A stretch of 63,078 nucleotides of DNA, counting the filler, from Octopus bimaculoides (taxonomy: Eukaryota), in assembly GCF_001194135.2 (NCBI RefSeq). It is 4 parts of 4 records of this genome, joined end to end, with 100 filler letters (N's around TTAATTAATTAA, not from the genome) between each part and the next. Parts side by side here need not be neighbours in the genome. Positions count along the whole stretch, not along the records: positions 35,305 to 61,483 come from NC_068985.1; positions 61,584 to 63,078 come from NC_068982.1; 2 more parts are not named here. One strand, given 5' to 3'. The stretch's first letter is position 1. Each line of letters starts with the position of its first letter. Shown piece by piece: positions 51,086-63,078 of the stretch. Below the pieces are notes generated by a model. The model made no database searches. It was not told the DNA's origin and worked only from the letters and a program-made list of their open reading frames with translations. The position numbers and the translations under genes were made by a program.

Positions 51086-51735
51086 TGTAAAAGTGGTTTT
51101 ATGGACAAAACTAAAAGTACTCTCCATTTTGTTTTATAGAATGCATATATTTCTTATAATCTCGCAGATAAATACTACTTTTCATGACTTTAAGTTCCAT
51201 GCTAAATATACCATTCTTCATGTAAATGTGATTCCAATGAACATTTTTCTCCCTTAAATGTTCTTTATCTGTGGCAGTATGTTATCAGATTCTACTCTGG
51301 TTTACATACACAGAAATAACTATAGAGGAAGATGTGAGTTTGCAGAACCCTTTTGTTATATTTCAGATGGAATATAACAGCTTTTATCAGAATTAATTTT
51401 GAAAATAACTAAGAATTTAGTAAAATAATTCTTTCATTATTTCATGTTTGAAGCATGAAATAATATGAAAGTTTGATGGCAGGTTTTAATCTAGATCAGT
51501 TAAACCCGTTAGCATTCAGATTACTCTATCAAATGTAAGGTTTATTTGTTCACAGTTCTAAATCAATCATGTGTTGTCTTGTAGCATCAAGATTTTGGCA
51601 GTTTATTTATTTTTTAGAGTGACATTGTGGAGTAGGTATGATAGGCCAGATCTGGCTGAAATGGTGAAGATGAACAAAATGTTGTTACACATTTTGTCTA
51701 GCATACTAATGATTCCCACCATTCACCATCTTTTA

Positions 51736-51942
51736 TATCACCAGATATTCTCGGCCATCTGTCACCAGATATCCACAGCCATCTGTCACCAGATATCTTC
51801 GGCCATCTATCACCAGATATCCTTGGCCATCTATCACCAGATATCATCGGCGATCTATCACCAGATATCCTCGGCCATTAATCACCAGATATCCACGACC
51901 ATCTATCACCAGATATCTACAGCTATCTATCACCAGATATCC
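51736..51942. repeat. 24-bp minisatellite (TATCACCAGATATCCTCGGCCATC) x ~8.6
   Basis: CACCAGATAT recurs every 24 bp; it reads YHQISSAI repeats in the track ORF. Confidence 0.95.
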
Positions 51943-52524
51943 TTTCTACTATAAGCACAAGGTCTACTATAAGGACATGTATGCATAATTGGTTACACAT
52001 GACTACAGATTATTTCTGATTAGTCACAATGCTACAGGTGCCTGAATATAATTTAGAAGTTTAACAAAACTTTTTTAAGAATCCTTCAAATTGGAACTAA
52101 TTTTGAAAATTTACATCTGTATAGATTAACTCATTGAATTGTATACCCCCACCCCCACCCTTTACAAACACACACATTGAAACGGTTGGCTGCACACAAT
52201 GTGTGTCATTTATTGTTAGGAGTCAAAAGAGACTTATATGGCAATTGAACATGTGATGGTAGTTGATTAGAACCTAGTCACACCTGGTTGACTAGACTTT
52301 GATGAAAGACACTCCAGTTATGCCCATATCCTCTTTTTGTAGATACAGAACCATATCAGCCAATGTTTTCTTTTTCTTCTGTATTAGACAGTAGAATATA
52401 ATGTAAGGAAAATTAGACTGCTATTTCTAGGAGCTTGGGCCACCGTATGGAAAGTCCCTTGTTAATTTGATGTGAACGTTTTGGTTTTAACTATTTAATT
52501 TGTTAGTAACCATTGGACGGCAGT

Positions 52525-52715
52525 GCTGGACACCCTGTACAAAAATACAAGGACACAGATATTGTGTCGTATAGCCAGCTGGAAACGATGTTTCCTGGGG
52601 CTAAACAACAGTGACATCCGTCCCATCCAGGACAGCCACATTATGTTGGCTAATAGCCTTTACTTTAAAGAACTGTTACTGAATATCTCTCTTTGAGAGA
52701 TTTAGAAATAATAAT
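52525..52715 (+). mobile_element. Older colinear copy of the retroposon seen at 10037
   Basis: AAGGACACAGATATTGTGTCGTATAGCCAGCTGGAAACGATG..CCTGGGGCTAAA..CTGAATATCTCT..GAGATTTAGAAATAATAAT. Confidence 0.8.
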
Positions 52716-53260
52716 GTTTCAATTTATTTTGTTTATGAATAATATTATTTGTTTTGTCCTTTACTGCATGACTCAGTGAGTTCGATTCCCAGATCGGGTT
52801 GTTTGTTGTGTTCTTGAGCTTGACACTTAATTTCACATCACTGATGCCAAGCTGTATCAGCCTTTGCTTTTCTCTTGGATAACATCAGTGGCGTGCAGAG
52901 AGGAGGCTGGTATGTATGGGCACTGTTAGTCTTCCATAACACAACCTTGCTGGGATTTGTGCCTTCAAAGGGAACTTTCTAGATGCAATTCCATGGTCAT
53001 TCATGACCTGGTGGGGATGGTCATTACCCTTGATATTTTAACCTTTTTCTTACCAAATTTCTGTAGAAACACACTGCTCTGGTTTCCATTAATTGTTAAA
53101 ATAATGAAGAATTTGGTAAAATAACATTGCCATTTTAATCTGGTGTTAGGGACAGAGATTAACATGAAATCTACCGTTTTGTTGCCCTGCTTCTGCTGAA
53201 ATATTCTACCTTTACATTATTTACATTTGACAGATATTTGTCCACATCTTGTTTGTTGTT

Positions 53261-53306
53261 AACACAACGTTTCGGCTGATATACCCTCCAGCCTTCATCA
53301 GGTGTC
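53261..53306 (-). ncRNA. Minimal type-I hammerhead ribozyme motif
   Basis: Minus strand reads GACAC-CUGAUGA-A-GGCUG(GAGGGUAUAU)CAGCC-GAA-ACGU-U-GUGUU: stem I GACAC/GUGUU, conserved core, 5-bp stem II, palindromic ACGU in place of stem III, and a GUU cleavage triplet. Confidence 0.72.
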
Positions 53307-53365
53307 CTAGGAGAATTTCAAACCTGGGTTCTCATTCCTAAGGTATTTTTCAATGTTGTTATTGC

Positions 53366-53402
<37 letters not shown>

Positions 53403-53474
53403 GTTGTAATTATTACTATTATTAACATCGAAAAATACCTTAGGAATGAGAACCCGGGTTCAAAATTTCCCCAA

Positions 53475-53520
53475 GACACCTGATGAAGGCTGGAGGGTAG
53501 ATCAGCCGAAATGTTGTGTT
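53475..53520 (+). ncRNA. Minimal type-I hammerhead ribozyme motif (stem-III palindrome mutated)
   Basis: GACAC-CUGAUGA-A-GGCUG(GAGGGUAGAU)CAGCC-GAA-AUGU-U-GUGUU; ACGU changed to AUGU, consistent with CpG decay. Confidence 0.62.
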
Positions 53521-54088
53521 GACAACAAAAAAGATGAGGACAAATATCCGTCAAATGTAAATAATGTAAATAATGTACATAATTCCTCACCTCTTTAATA
53601 TAGAACTGTACTCCATATATGTTTCAATTTTTAAAATAATAAGGAATTTAACAGAATAACTTTGTTATTAAAATGATTTTAAGGTGAAATTTAATGGAAG
53701 GTTATGATTTAGATTATTTTGAAACATAAAGCTTGTATCATTGGACAGGGGTCAGTCTTGGTTGGACTGGTTGGAATCNNNNNNNNNNNNNNNNNNNNNN
53801 NNNNNNNNNNNNNNNNNNNNNNNNNNNNNNNNNNNNNNNNNNNNNNNNNNNNNNNNNNNNNNNNNNNNNNNNNNNNNNNNNNNNNNNNNNNNNNNNNNNN
53901 NNNNNNNNNNNNNNNGGAAATAAAGGATCAGTCCACTTGTGGGGTTGATTCTTCCTCTGCCCCCTCTCTTTGTCAGAAACAGTTGCTGGAGCCAAATGTA
54001 CAGAGTGAGTTAGTCAGTTCCTCCTGAGCTCTTGAGCACATTGGACAGCAAGTTGATGCCAATGGTTTCTGATGTCTACTATAGCCCC

Positions 54089-54121
<33 letters not shown>

Positions 54122-54946
54122 TGTGTGTGTGTCCCTTCAACTATTGTCGGTGAGTTTACATCAGCAAAGAGAGATATATAGAATAAGTAACAAACTTTAG
54201 AAGAGAATAAGTACAGGCATTAATTCATTGAAATAAAATTCTTCAAGGTAGTGCCCCAGCATGGCCATAGTTTAATGACTGAAACAAGAACAAGATAAGA
54301 GATACACTGGGGCGAGATTCTGCAACAGGTAAACAGGAAACAGGTGGGTAACTGATTTAGCTTTAATGATTAAGATTTTTTTAAAGTATTATGTAAGTAA
54401 AAATTAATTGCAATTAAAAATAATTAGCAAATTACAGATGTTGCTCACACAGCACTTATCTCATCTTTGATCTCCTGTATATTAAATGAGGGTTTACTTG
54501 GAGCTAAAGAACAACAGCAGCAGCCATCTTGGTTAGAAAAGTAGTCATAGCAACAGTTATCAGTTTTTTTGAACAAAGGAACAAAAAGCAAAACCCGTCA
54601 AAATATGGTTTGTAGCAATTTGTGTGAATCGCTCTGACTGGAGTGGTTGGAGTATGTTATTGTTGATGGAGCAGCCAGGAAATTGTATTGCATTGAAGGG
54701 TTCTAGACAGTTCTTTTCGAGAGCTTATTAAAACTCTTTGGTTCCTGTTGTTGCTTGGTAGCAGGCGGTGGGGTGGGGGAGAAGAGGAGAGAAAGATTTA
54801 CTGGGAGACAGGGAGAGATAGCCAGAGGAAGAGACACAGATTGGCAGGGAGAGAGAGCGAGAGGAGAGACAGACAAGCAGAGGAAGAAGGTGAGAAAAAG
54901 AGGGATATACATGTATATCTATATATATGTGCGTGTGAGTCTATTT

Positions 54947-54983
<37 letters not shown>

Positions 54984-55464
54984 GATGGAGAGTGAGGCTG
55001 TTTGGTTGATCAGACGGGGTTATTTAACCCGTTAGCGTTTAAACTGACCATATCTGACCCAAATATTCTGCTTATTTTAGGGTAAAGCCAGCCAAATCCG
55101 ACTTATCACACTTGCCCTTCAATGTCATCCTAAAAGATATACAATCACATCAAAATTTCAAAACTACAAGAAAATGAATGATTAACTCAAAACAAAGTGA
55201 ATAAAAAAGCATTACGTTTGACAAAAACATTCAAAATTTTTTTGATCAACATAAGTACAAACAAAGGAGCCTCTACAGAGTTGCTCAACCTGCTAGAAAT
55301 ACCAACCAAATCTCCCTCACATCACACTGTTACAGTCTTTAAAAAGGGAAGGACACATTAAATAGTGTTACTTGGGATATTTCATATTTTAACAAAAAAA
55401 CAGAACGGTGAGTCCTGAGTCATGTTTCTAGAGAATAAAAAAAAAAATGAATGTCATTCCTTTA

Positions 55465-55991
55465 CAAAGGTTCTCAAACGTTTTGGGCCACTGCCCACCT
55501 CATGACCACATAATACCCTCAGTGCCCCCACCCCTATTATTATGTATAAATAGATATTTAATATTTTACTAATTTATATATACTATGAATCATTTGATAT
55601 TTAATATAATATTATATAATCTGTATGCAATACTATAATAATATTATAATTTATGTCTTTATTGCCCACAGGGAGCTAAACATAGAGGGGACAAACAAGG
55701 ACATACAAAGGGATTAAGTCAATAACATCGACCCCAGTGTGTAACTGGTACTTATTTAATCTACCCCGAAAGGATGAAAGGCAAAGTTGACCTTGGCGGA
55801 ATTTGGACTCAGAATGTAACGGCAGACGAAATACCGCTAAGTACTTCGCCCGGCGTAGCATCCCCTAGTCCACTGCCTTCCTCCCAATGCCTCCTTTTTC
55901 TCCACCCCTGCCTTAGGCACCAGCGCCCACCTGGACCGTCTCAACACTCACCAGGGGTAGGGGGGCATAGTGCCCACTTTGAGAACCTCTG
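55465..55991. mobile_element. hAT-type MITE carrying a nested SINE
   Basis: CAAAGGTTCTCAAA (55465-55478) and TTTGAGAACCTCTG (55978-55991) match at 13/14 and resemble the hAT/Charlie TIR CAGGGGTTCTCAAA. CTTTA(CAA) is repeated at both ends as a possible TSD. Confidence 0.7.
55656..55858 (-). mobile_element. SINE family A copy nested in the hAT-type MITE
   Basis: Aligns to 14221-14446 with several CpG-to-TpG/CpA changes. Confidence 0.88.
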
Positions 55992-56019
55992 CTTTACAAC
56001 AATCACATATGTTTATATA

Positions 56020-56170
56020 CGGTAGGCTTCTTTTAGTATCCATCTGCCAAATCTGCCCACAAGGCTTTGGTCGGTCCAGGATTATAGTAGAAGACACTTG
56101 CCCAAAGCACCACACTATGGGACTGAATCCAGAACCATGTGGTTAGGAAGCAAACTTCTTACCACACAGC
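56020..56170 (-). mobile_element. SINE family B 5-prime half
   Basis: Reverse complement of GCTGTGTGGTAAGAAGTTTGCTTCC..GGATTCAGTCCCA..GGCAAGTGTCTTCTACTATA. Confidence 0.8.
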
Positions 56171-57518
56171 TCTGCCTTGATTGATTCTTATGAGTATTTT
56201 AGGAAGTCTTGGTTTGGTAAATTCTAATCCAAAGTTCATTTCCTGCACCTCCATAATTCACTCATTATCTTCTTCACGATTTTGCAGTTTCGGTTAACCA
56301 AAATGTACGTAAGCAAAATATTCACTGCCGTTCATACATGAAGCTTCATTTTCAACATCACACCTGCTTGACAAGCACAAAGTTATATTTTATGCATTAA
56401 ATCCAAAAGCATTTTTAAGATAATGCAACAATGTGTTATTTCAAAGTTATGAACTGTCTCTTGCAATGAATAACAAAATAGGAAGAAGAAAAAACAAAAC
56501 AAAACAAAAAATTTTTTTAAATTACAAAAACCATTTTTGTTTTTTTTTAACAAATGTAGGATTTTCCTCAGACATTTCTTCCTTGTCAAAATTATTTTCT
56601 AAAGTCAGTCCATAGCTCGACTACAATCTTTATTTGTGATAAATTTTATATATTCTATATTTTCCTTCTTGACAAGCCATTTTTTATATAGCGTTGCAAA
56701 TGGAAGGTGTGAAGGTGAAGAGAAAGAAACTCGCAATATATGGTATTATCGAGTTCATATTTTATAGGCTTCTGTTATACACATAGCCATCATATTTTCC
56801 TTCTTTCTCAAGTGTCATTTCAAGAAGAAAGAAATAAAAGGAATAAACTTAAAACAAAAATAAAACATTACAGTAAAACTTATCAAAACTATATCAAATT
56901 CTTTACATTATAAAAACTATTTGAAGTTGGTAGGTCTTTCTTTTTCCTCGCTGTTTAAATTATTCAAAACACTTTATATTTTCAAGAACAAAAAACTCTT
57001 TGTCAAGGCAAATATTCTATTATACTTGTCTTAAGAATTTTGTTATTCAATTTCAGTTTTGGCTTGTAAATTAAAACAATGAGAGTGATGGAGTTCTCTG
57101 TTTTCCATCAAAAATTCTAGCTCTTGGAACAAAATAAACCCTAGGGGCGGATAACTTTATAGATGTGTATTTTCGCTCTCTAGCAGCAGAGGAAGTAATA
57201 GTAGCTTGTTCCCTTTTTGTTAGGAGTTTATCATAAGATGGATAGAAATAGTGTGTATTGCTTGATTATAATCACTCGAAACTTTGCCATTTATTTCTTC
57301 TTAGAATGTTCATTTTGATTTGTAATTTGATAAACAACTTCTGTTGGTTAAAGTCTAGCAGTTAACTTAGTGCTTTATATTGTCTGTCTCTCTGCAAGCA
57401 CATAGAAACACATACATATATACACATACACACAAACACACATATGTACACATACATACATATACACACATACACACATACACTCATACGTATATACACT
57501 CATGTACACATATACAAG

Positions 57519-57561
<43 letters not shown>

Positions 57562-58004
57562 TATATTATATATATGTATATATTATATTATATTANNNNN
57601 NNNNNTCAATTTTTATTTTTCTCTTTCTAACCACTTAAAAGCAGATTTTTTATTTTTTATTTTCAATGTAAGAACTACTTCCATTTCAATCTGTTTGCTT
57701 CAAAATTAGTAACCCCCCACTCCATTACAACAATGATAATAATAATAATAACAATGATGATAATAATAATAATAATAATAATAGTGAGGAGGAGGAGTAG
57801 TAAGAAGAGATAGCTTGATGATGTACTTTTATTTAAAATTATACTGTTATTGATACAAATATTGTGGATTAAAGAACACAAAAAATATATAAATATAAAT
57901 AAATAATTCATAATTTAGTTAGCTTTAGAATTTAATTTTTCAATTTCTAAAATTTAATTTCTTTTTCATTTTTGTAATCATCATCGTCATCATCGTTATT
58001 ATTA

Positions 58005-58050
<46 letters not shown>

Positions 58051-58944
58051 GTATTTATATTTGTTTGAATAATCATTTATTTTTGAATGTTGTTTATCAA
58101 TTTTCAATATATTGTTGGATGTTAATCAAAGCCAGTAAGGAAGTTTTGTTGCAAGATAAAAAAAGAGGGGGGGGCACACAGAGAGAATTAAAACAAGATT
58201 TTGACCATGGGAAAACCTAAAAAAAATTTAAACAAAATAAAATAAAATAAAATAAAAACACATAGTTATTTACACTGAGGCAAAGTAGCAGAGTTTAAGA
58301 CAGATTCTGTGATGTCGTCTTTTGTTTACAATGTCCAGTTCTCATTTTTGAACTAGAAAAATCTGACTTGTTTACTACTAAAGAACTACTGCTATGATTG
58401 TCTTCAAAAACATGGTTACACAAAAACACATGCATTTGCAGACATACATTACATTGTAGATTTCTTGAAACCAGTGAGAACAAGATGAAGAACATATATG
58501 CTGGTTCTTTGTTATTTAGTAAAAAAACACTCTCTCTCTCTCTCTCTCTCGCTCGCACGCTCTCTTGTTCTCTCTAACTAGTATCAGATAATAATGCTGT
58601 TTATCTCTATAAGTCTGTTACTAATGATTCCACTACCATCCCCAACCCCTCTGCCACTGCTACTTTCATTCTCTATGACCAAATATCAAAAATTGTTTCT
58701 CTCTTTCTTTTCCTTCCTTGTGGTTATTTTTATAAAGAAAATTTAACCTAGTTTTTTCAATTATAACAAATGTTATTTCTTAAGCAGACTTCATCAAAAT
58801 TTATGCTGCTCTCTTTTTTAATTTTTCAGATTTTTTATGTAATAAATTTCTAAGTTGCAAGATTTAAAAAGTCACATTAATAGAGTAAATAACCCAGAAA
58901 TCACGATACACAGATATTGTTTTGAGCTGAGTGGGGGTGCTAGA

Positions 58945-59110
58945 TTCCCTTGTTCAAAAATATAAGGACATAGATCGTGTCATATAGCCAGCTGGAGACG
59001 ATGTCTCCTGGGGTTAAATTACAGCAACATTAGTCCTAAACCAGGACTGCCATCTTTACTCCAAAATACTGTTGCTGAATATCTCTCATTGCGAGATTTA
59101 AAAATAGTAA
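58945..59110 (+). mobile_element. Colinear copy of the retroposon seen at 10037
   Basis: TCCCTTGTTCAAAAATATAAGGACA..GGAGACGATGTCTCCTGGGG..CTTTACTCC..GAGATTTAAAAATAGTAAT, with a small internal deletion. Confidence 0.88.
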
Positions 59111-59139
59111 TTCTCAAATTAATAGCTCAAGGAATTTTA

Positions 59140-59346
59140 TCTTTTACTTGTTGGACTGTGGCCATGCTGGGGCACCGCTGTGATAGGTTTCAGTGGAAGA
59201 AATCAACCCCAGTAATTAGGTTGTGTTCATTTCTTTTTTTAATGTTTTAATACTCATTTTATGGATCTCATTGGCTAAACTTCTAAGTTACATGGACATA
59301 AACCAACCAATATTGGTTATCAAGTAGTGATATGGCAGATGAGGTG

Positions 59347-59386
<40 letters not shown>

Positions 59387-59623
59387 CACTCCCGATATGT
59401 GTGTGTGTGTGTGTATGTGTGTGAGTGTGTGTGTGTGTGTGTACATATACGCACAGACAGTGAGCTTCCACACAGTTTCCATTGACCAGATTCACTCCCA
59501 AGGCATTGGCCAACCTGGGACTTTCTAGCAGGAGACAGAGACACTGGTTCAAGATGCCATGCAGTGGGACTGAACCCAGAACCACATGGTCACAAAGCAA
59601 GCTTCTTAACCACACAACCATGC
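59140..59623 (-). mobile_element. SINE family B, decayed full-length copy
   Basis: Tail (TTTTACTTG..GGCCATGCTGGGGCACC), central CA/TG microsatellite, head (GTGGGACTGAACCCAGAACCACATGG..AACCACACAACCATGC). Confidence 0.75.
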
Positions 59624-60191
59624 TTGTACCAATAACTTGCAGAAATCTTTATTTTATTTATTTATTTATATTTTTTTTAAATTTTGTTTTTGTTTCCTTT
59701 TTTCGATGGGCGTAGTGGGAGGTGGGGGTGGGGGAAAAAACAATAACAACAACAACAAAAGTAACAAAACCAGCAATAATAAGCGTTACCATTATTTAGT
59801 ATATATATTTTTAAATTTTATTTTCAATTAGATGCTGACCTCCGTTAGGCTCTAGATTTGATAAATAAACCATTTAAACAGAAAAACAAATGGAATAAAG
59901 CCATTGTTAAATAGAATTTTTTTTTACTTCATCATTTTTTTTTCTTCTTCTTCCAAATATAGCACTAAAATGAATTGTGATAGCCATCTCTTGTCGTTTG
60001 GCCAAATTATTTTCTTCTTCTCACCTCAAGCCACAGATAAAAGTGCGAAGGACATTTCCTTATCCCTGGTTAATCTTCTGCCTCTTCACTCCTCTAAGAT
60101 TATTATTAAAACATATTTACGAAATCACTCGTAAACTCCTTCACTATATTGTTGGCACAAGATGGAGGTTTCTGTAATATATTTGTTGTTG

Positions 60192-60228
<37 letters not shown>

Positions 60229-60352
60229 GGTTGTTATTAGGCCCCAGGTCAAGTCTGATTAAGCAAATCTATGTTCAAATGTGTTATTACCCAGACCTAT
60301 CCTGTCCCCATATATATCACACCCATATACAACCTACACATAAAAATATATA

Positions 60353-60388
<36 letters not shown>

Positions 60389-60483
60389 NNNNNNNNNNNN
60401 NNNNNNNNNNNNNNNNNNNNNNNNNNNNNNNNNNNNNNNNNNNNNNNNNNNNNNNNNNNNNNNNNNNNNNNNNNNNACACATA

Positions 60484-60531
<48 letters not shown>

Positions 60532-61304
60532 CACACACACACACACACACAAACATAATATATCCATATACACACACACACACATATATATATACATATA
60601 CACACACATGTATATGTACTCATACACAGATATGTATATATATTCACACACACACACATATATATTCACATACACACACACATAACACACACACATAACA
60701 CACACACATATATATACACACCCATACATAGATATATATATGTATATATTCGCATACATACACACACACACACAAACTTACAGACATTCACACATACACA
60801 CAGCCTGTATTTCTTTTTTTTATTTTTATTATTTTTTAAGACAATAAGGTGTGATATGAGAGAGGTTTGGCAGCCATTTCAAAAGGTCAAGAAGAGAAGC
60901 TCCCTCGTTGGTTTTTGTTAAATGATGTTATTTCTTAAAGGTAGAAAATTAAATTGCCAGTGAATGAGTTGGGACATCAGTGGTTATCCTGCCAATAAAT
61001 ATATTGCAAAGAAACGAAATGATTTTCTTTATAAAATATAATCAAGTTTCAGATTTATAAAAGAGAAGAAATGAGAAATTAATTGAAATTGTTCCAATGT
61101 GGAGCGAAAAGCAGGTTGAGAGTATGGATTTATGATCATGCTACATTACAAAATAGTTTCTAAGAGAGGCATAAGGCCTGAATTAATTGAAATTGTTGAC
61201 CTCAGTATTTAGCTGGTAATTTATTTTATCAACCCCAAAAGGATAAAATGCAAAGTTAGCCTTAACAAGATTAGAGCCTGGAACATAAATGACCATAATC
61301 TTAA

Positions 61305-61483
61305 GAGTGGCTGTGTGGTAAGTAGCTTGCTTACCAACCACATGGTTCCGGGTTCAGTCCCACTGCATGGCACCTTGGGCAAGTGTCTTCTACTATAGCC
61401 TCGGGCTGACCAAAGCCTTGTGAGTGGATTTGGTAGACGGAAACTGAAAGAAGCCTGTTGTATATATATATATATATATATAT
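61305..61483 (+). mobile_element. SINE family B 5-prime half, little decayed
   Basis: GAGTGGCTGTGTGGTAAG..GGGTTCAGTCCCACTG..GGATTTGGTAGACGGAAACTGAAAGAAGCC, running into (TA)n and the linker. Confidence 0.88.
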
Positions 61484-61583
61484 NNNNNNNNNNNNNNNNN
61501 NNNNNNNNNNNNNNNNNNNNNNNNNNNTTAATTAATTAANNNNNNNNNNNNNNNNNNNNNNNNNNNNNNNNNNNNNNNNNNNN
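61484..61583. other. Assembly scaffold linker, artefact
   Basis: N44-TTAATTAATTAA-N44. Confidence 0.95.
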
Positions 61584-61619
<36 letters not shown>

Positions 61620-62437
61620 ATATGCATGTATGTCTATAAGCATATACTTCTTCCTCAAAATGTCGATTGGATATAAAACTTCTAGCATATGTAGAGATAA
61701 ATGTTGGGCGTAATGGATTCACTGATGCATAAAAAGCAATGTTTCAACATTTGCAGTTTATTTTAAGCAATTCAATAGCTATTCCATGTGTCTTTTATTG
61801 TCGGCAATAATGCGATATCCTAATTGTGTTGTAACTCGTTGTTTGAAGTCAAACATTTACGTGACCCATTCCAGCTTTAGTGGAAATTTTCTCCAAACAT
61901 CTCCATTCAGGAATTCTATTCATCAGTAATCTGTTGAGTACACACCTACGTGTATATGGATTTCTTTTATATGCACAAACGGACTTATGTGTTTAATGTT
62001 GGAGAATACGTCAGCGTGGCACGTACGGATTAGGTGAGAGTGTATTTCAACATTACCGGAGATAATTTGAATGATGTAAGTGGCCTTTGCGTGATATAAT
62101 TGCTCTTTCCATAGGAACGAAATTCCTTGTGGAGATTCCAAATCCATGAAACTATTCAACTAGTAAATGACATTCTTTAACTGCAAAGATCCGATTGATT
62201 ATAAAGAAACAGATACAATGGTCAAAGTTTCAAACAGGGCTGACAAAAACATATGGCAAAACAATGCAACAAAGAATCGCAAAACCAACATTCTCTTGGA
62301 ATTATCGACTAATATTTCGATATCATTTTCGCTCTTATAACGAACATATCAATTATTGCTCATACGTTTGAACAAAATAACAGAGCAATATTTTGCCTTC
62401 TACTAAACAGTGTGATCTCTAAATATTTTTAGCAAGC

Positions 62438-62474
<37 letters not shown>

Positions 62475-63078
62475 CGTGTGTGTGTGTGCTTGTGTGTATA
62501 TGTTTCTGTATAAGCATGTATATGTGTATGTGTGTGTGTCTATAAATACAGGTGATTGACTGTGTCGCTAACAAATTTGCTTCCATTGCATGTTGTTTCG
62601 TGATCAATTCCACTCCGGCACCTTGGGCAAGTTTCTTCTACAATAGCTCGAAACAAACCAATGCCTTATGCATAGCATTCGTAGATAAAATGTGAGTGAA
62701 AATACGCCATATGTGTCTTTGCATCTACATTGCTTGACTACCGGCTTAGTGTTGTTCACGTCAACGATGGAAAAGAAAGAGAAATTTTCTTCGATGGAGA
62801 CAATAAAATTTTCATTATTAAAGCAATCTCTCCAACGGAGAAACTTTCTCTTCAACTTTCGTTACAAACGATGACGTAAAAAAAAATCCGGATTCATGCA
62901 ATTGCTTAAAATGTATGTTCTCTGAATTTTTCATTATAAAAGCAGAGAACATAGATTTAAAATAAATACATGAATCCGGATATGTTTCAGTCAATTAGAA
63001 TTCAATGCAAAATCATTTTGTACATGCGCGAAGACATTAATAAACATTAAATTATAGTATGTATTATAATTATATTCA

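Larger units (their letters stand above)
53213..53568. mobile_element. Inverted pair of Penelope-type terminal repeats around an (ATT)n spacer
   Basis: Arms 53213-53357 and 53424-53568 differ at about 14 of 145 positions. The right arm continues for ~40 bp (AATTCCTCACCTCTTTAATATAGAACTG). Confidence 0.88.

Noticed and set aside
603-60771. Numerous MYVC / YIYI / HTHT / RERE ORFs in the track
   Set aside because: They are (TA)n, (CA)n, (TACA)n and (GA)n microsatellites, which lack stop codons in some frames.
61620-62420. Possible degraded Helitron or other coding remnant
   Set aside because: Only a vague GIAIELL resemblance; frames are inconsistent and the evidence is insufficient.

Overview
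This is AT-rich, microsatellite-saturated eukaryotic DNA with several kb of N gaps and three artificial 100-bp scaffold linkers (N44-TTAATTAATTAA-N44). The repeat families and composition suggest a coleoid cephalopod, probably Octopus (inference, no database search). I find no confidently supportable host protein-coding gene, rRNA, true tRNA or CRISPR array. Almost all ORFs in the track are translations of microsatellites or N gaps. The window is mostly mobile-element debris: (i) a full-length 1,223-bp Tc1/mariner element with 30-bp TIRs, TA target duplication and a decayed transposase with DD36E spacing (Incomer-like); (ii) remnants of RTE, R4-like (RLE) and Penelope retroelements; (iii) mariner-, piggyBac- and hAT-type MITEs; (iv) many tRNA-headed SINE copies. 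The most interesting structures are an inverted pair of Penelope-type terminal repeats, each carrying a minimal type-I hammerhead ribozyme motif (53.2-53.6 kb); a retroposon copy with a 12-bp TSD and an overlapping 5-prime inversion that forms a near-perfect 78-bp hairpin (10.0-10.3 kb); a tandem array of 65-bp tRNA-like Pol III heads (48.5-48.8 kb); a fold-back element containing opposed telomeric repeats (26.7-26.85 kb); a pri-miRNA-sized hairpin (14.0-14.1 kb); and alternating CpG-retaining and CpG-depleted domains suggestive of gene-body methylation. Coordinates and counts were read by eye, and boundaries of decayed repeats are approximate.
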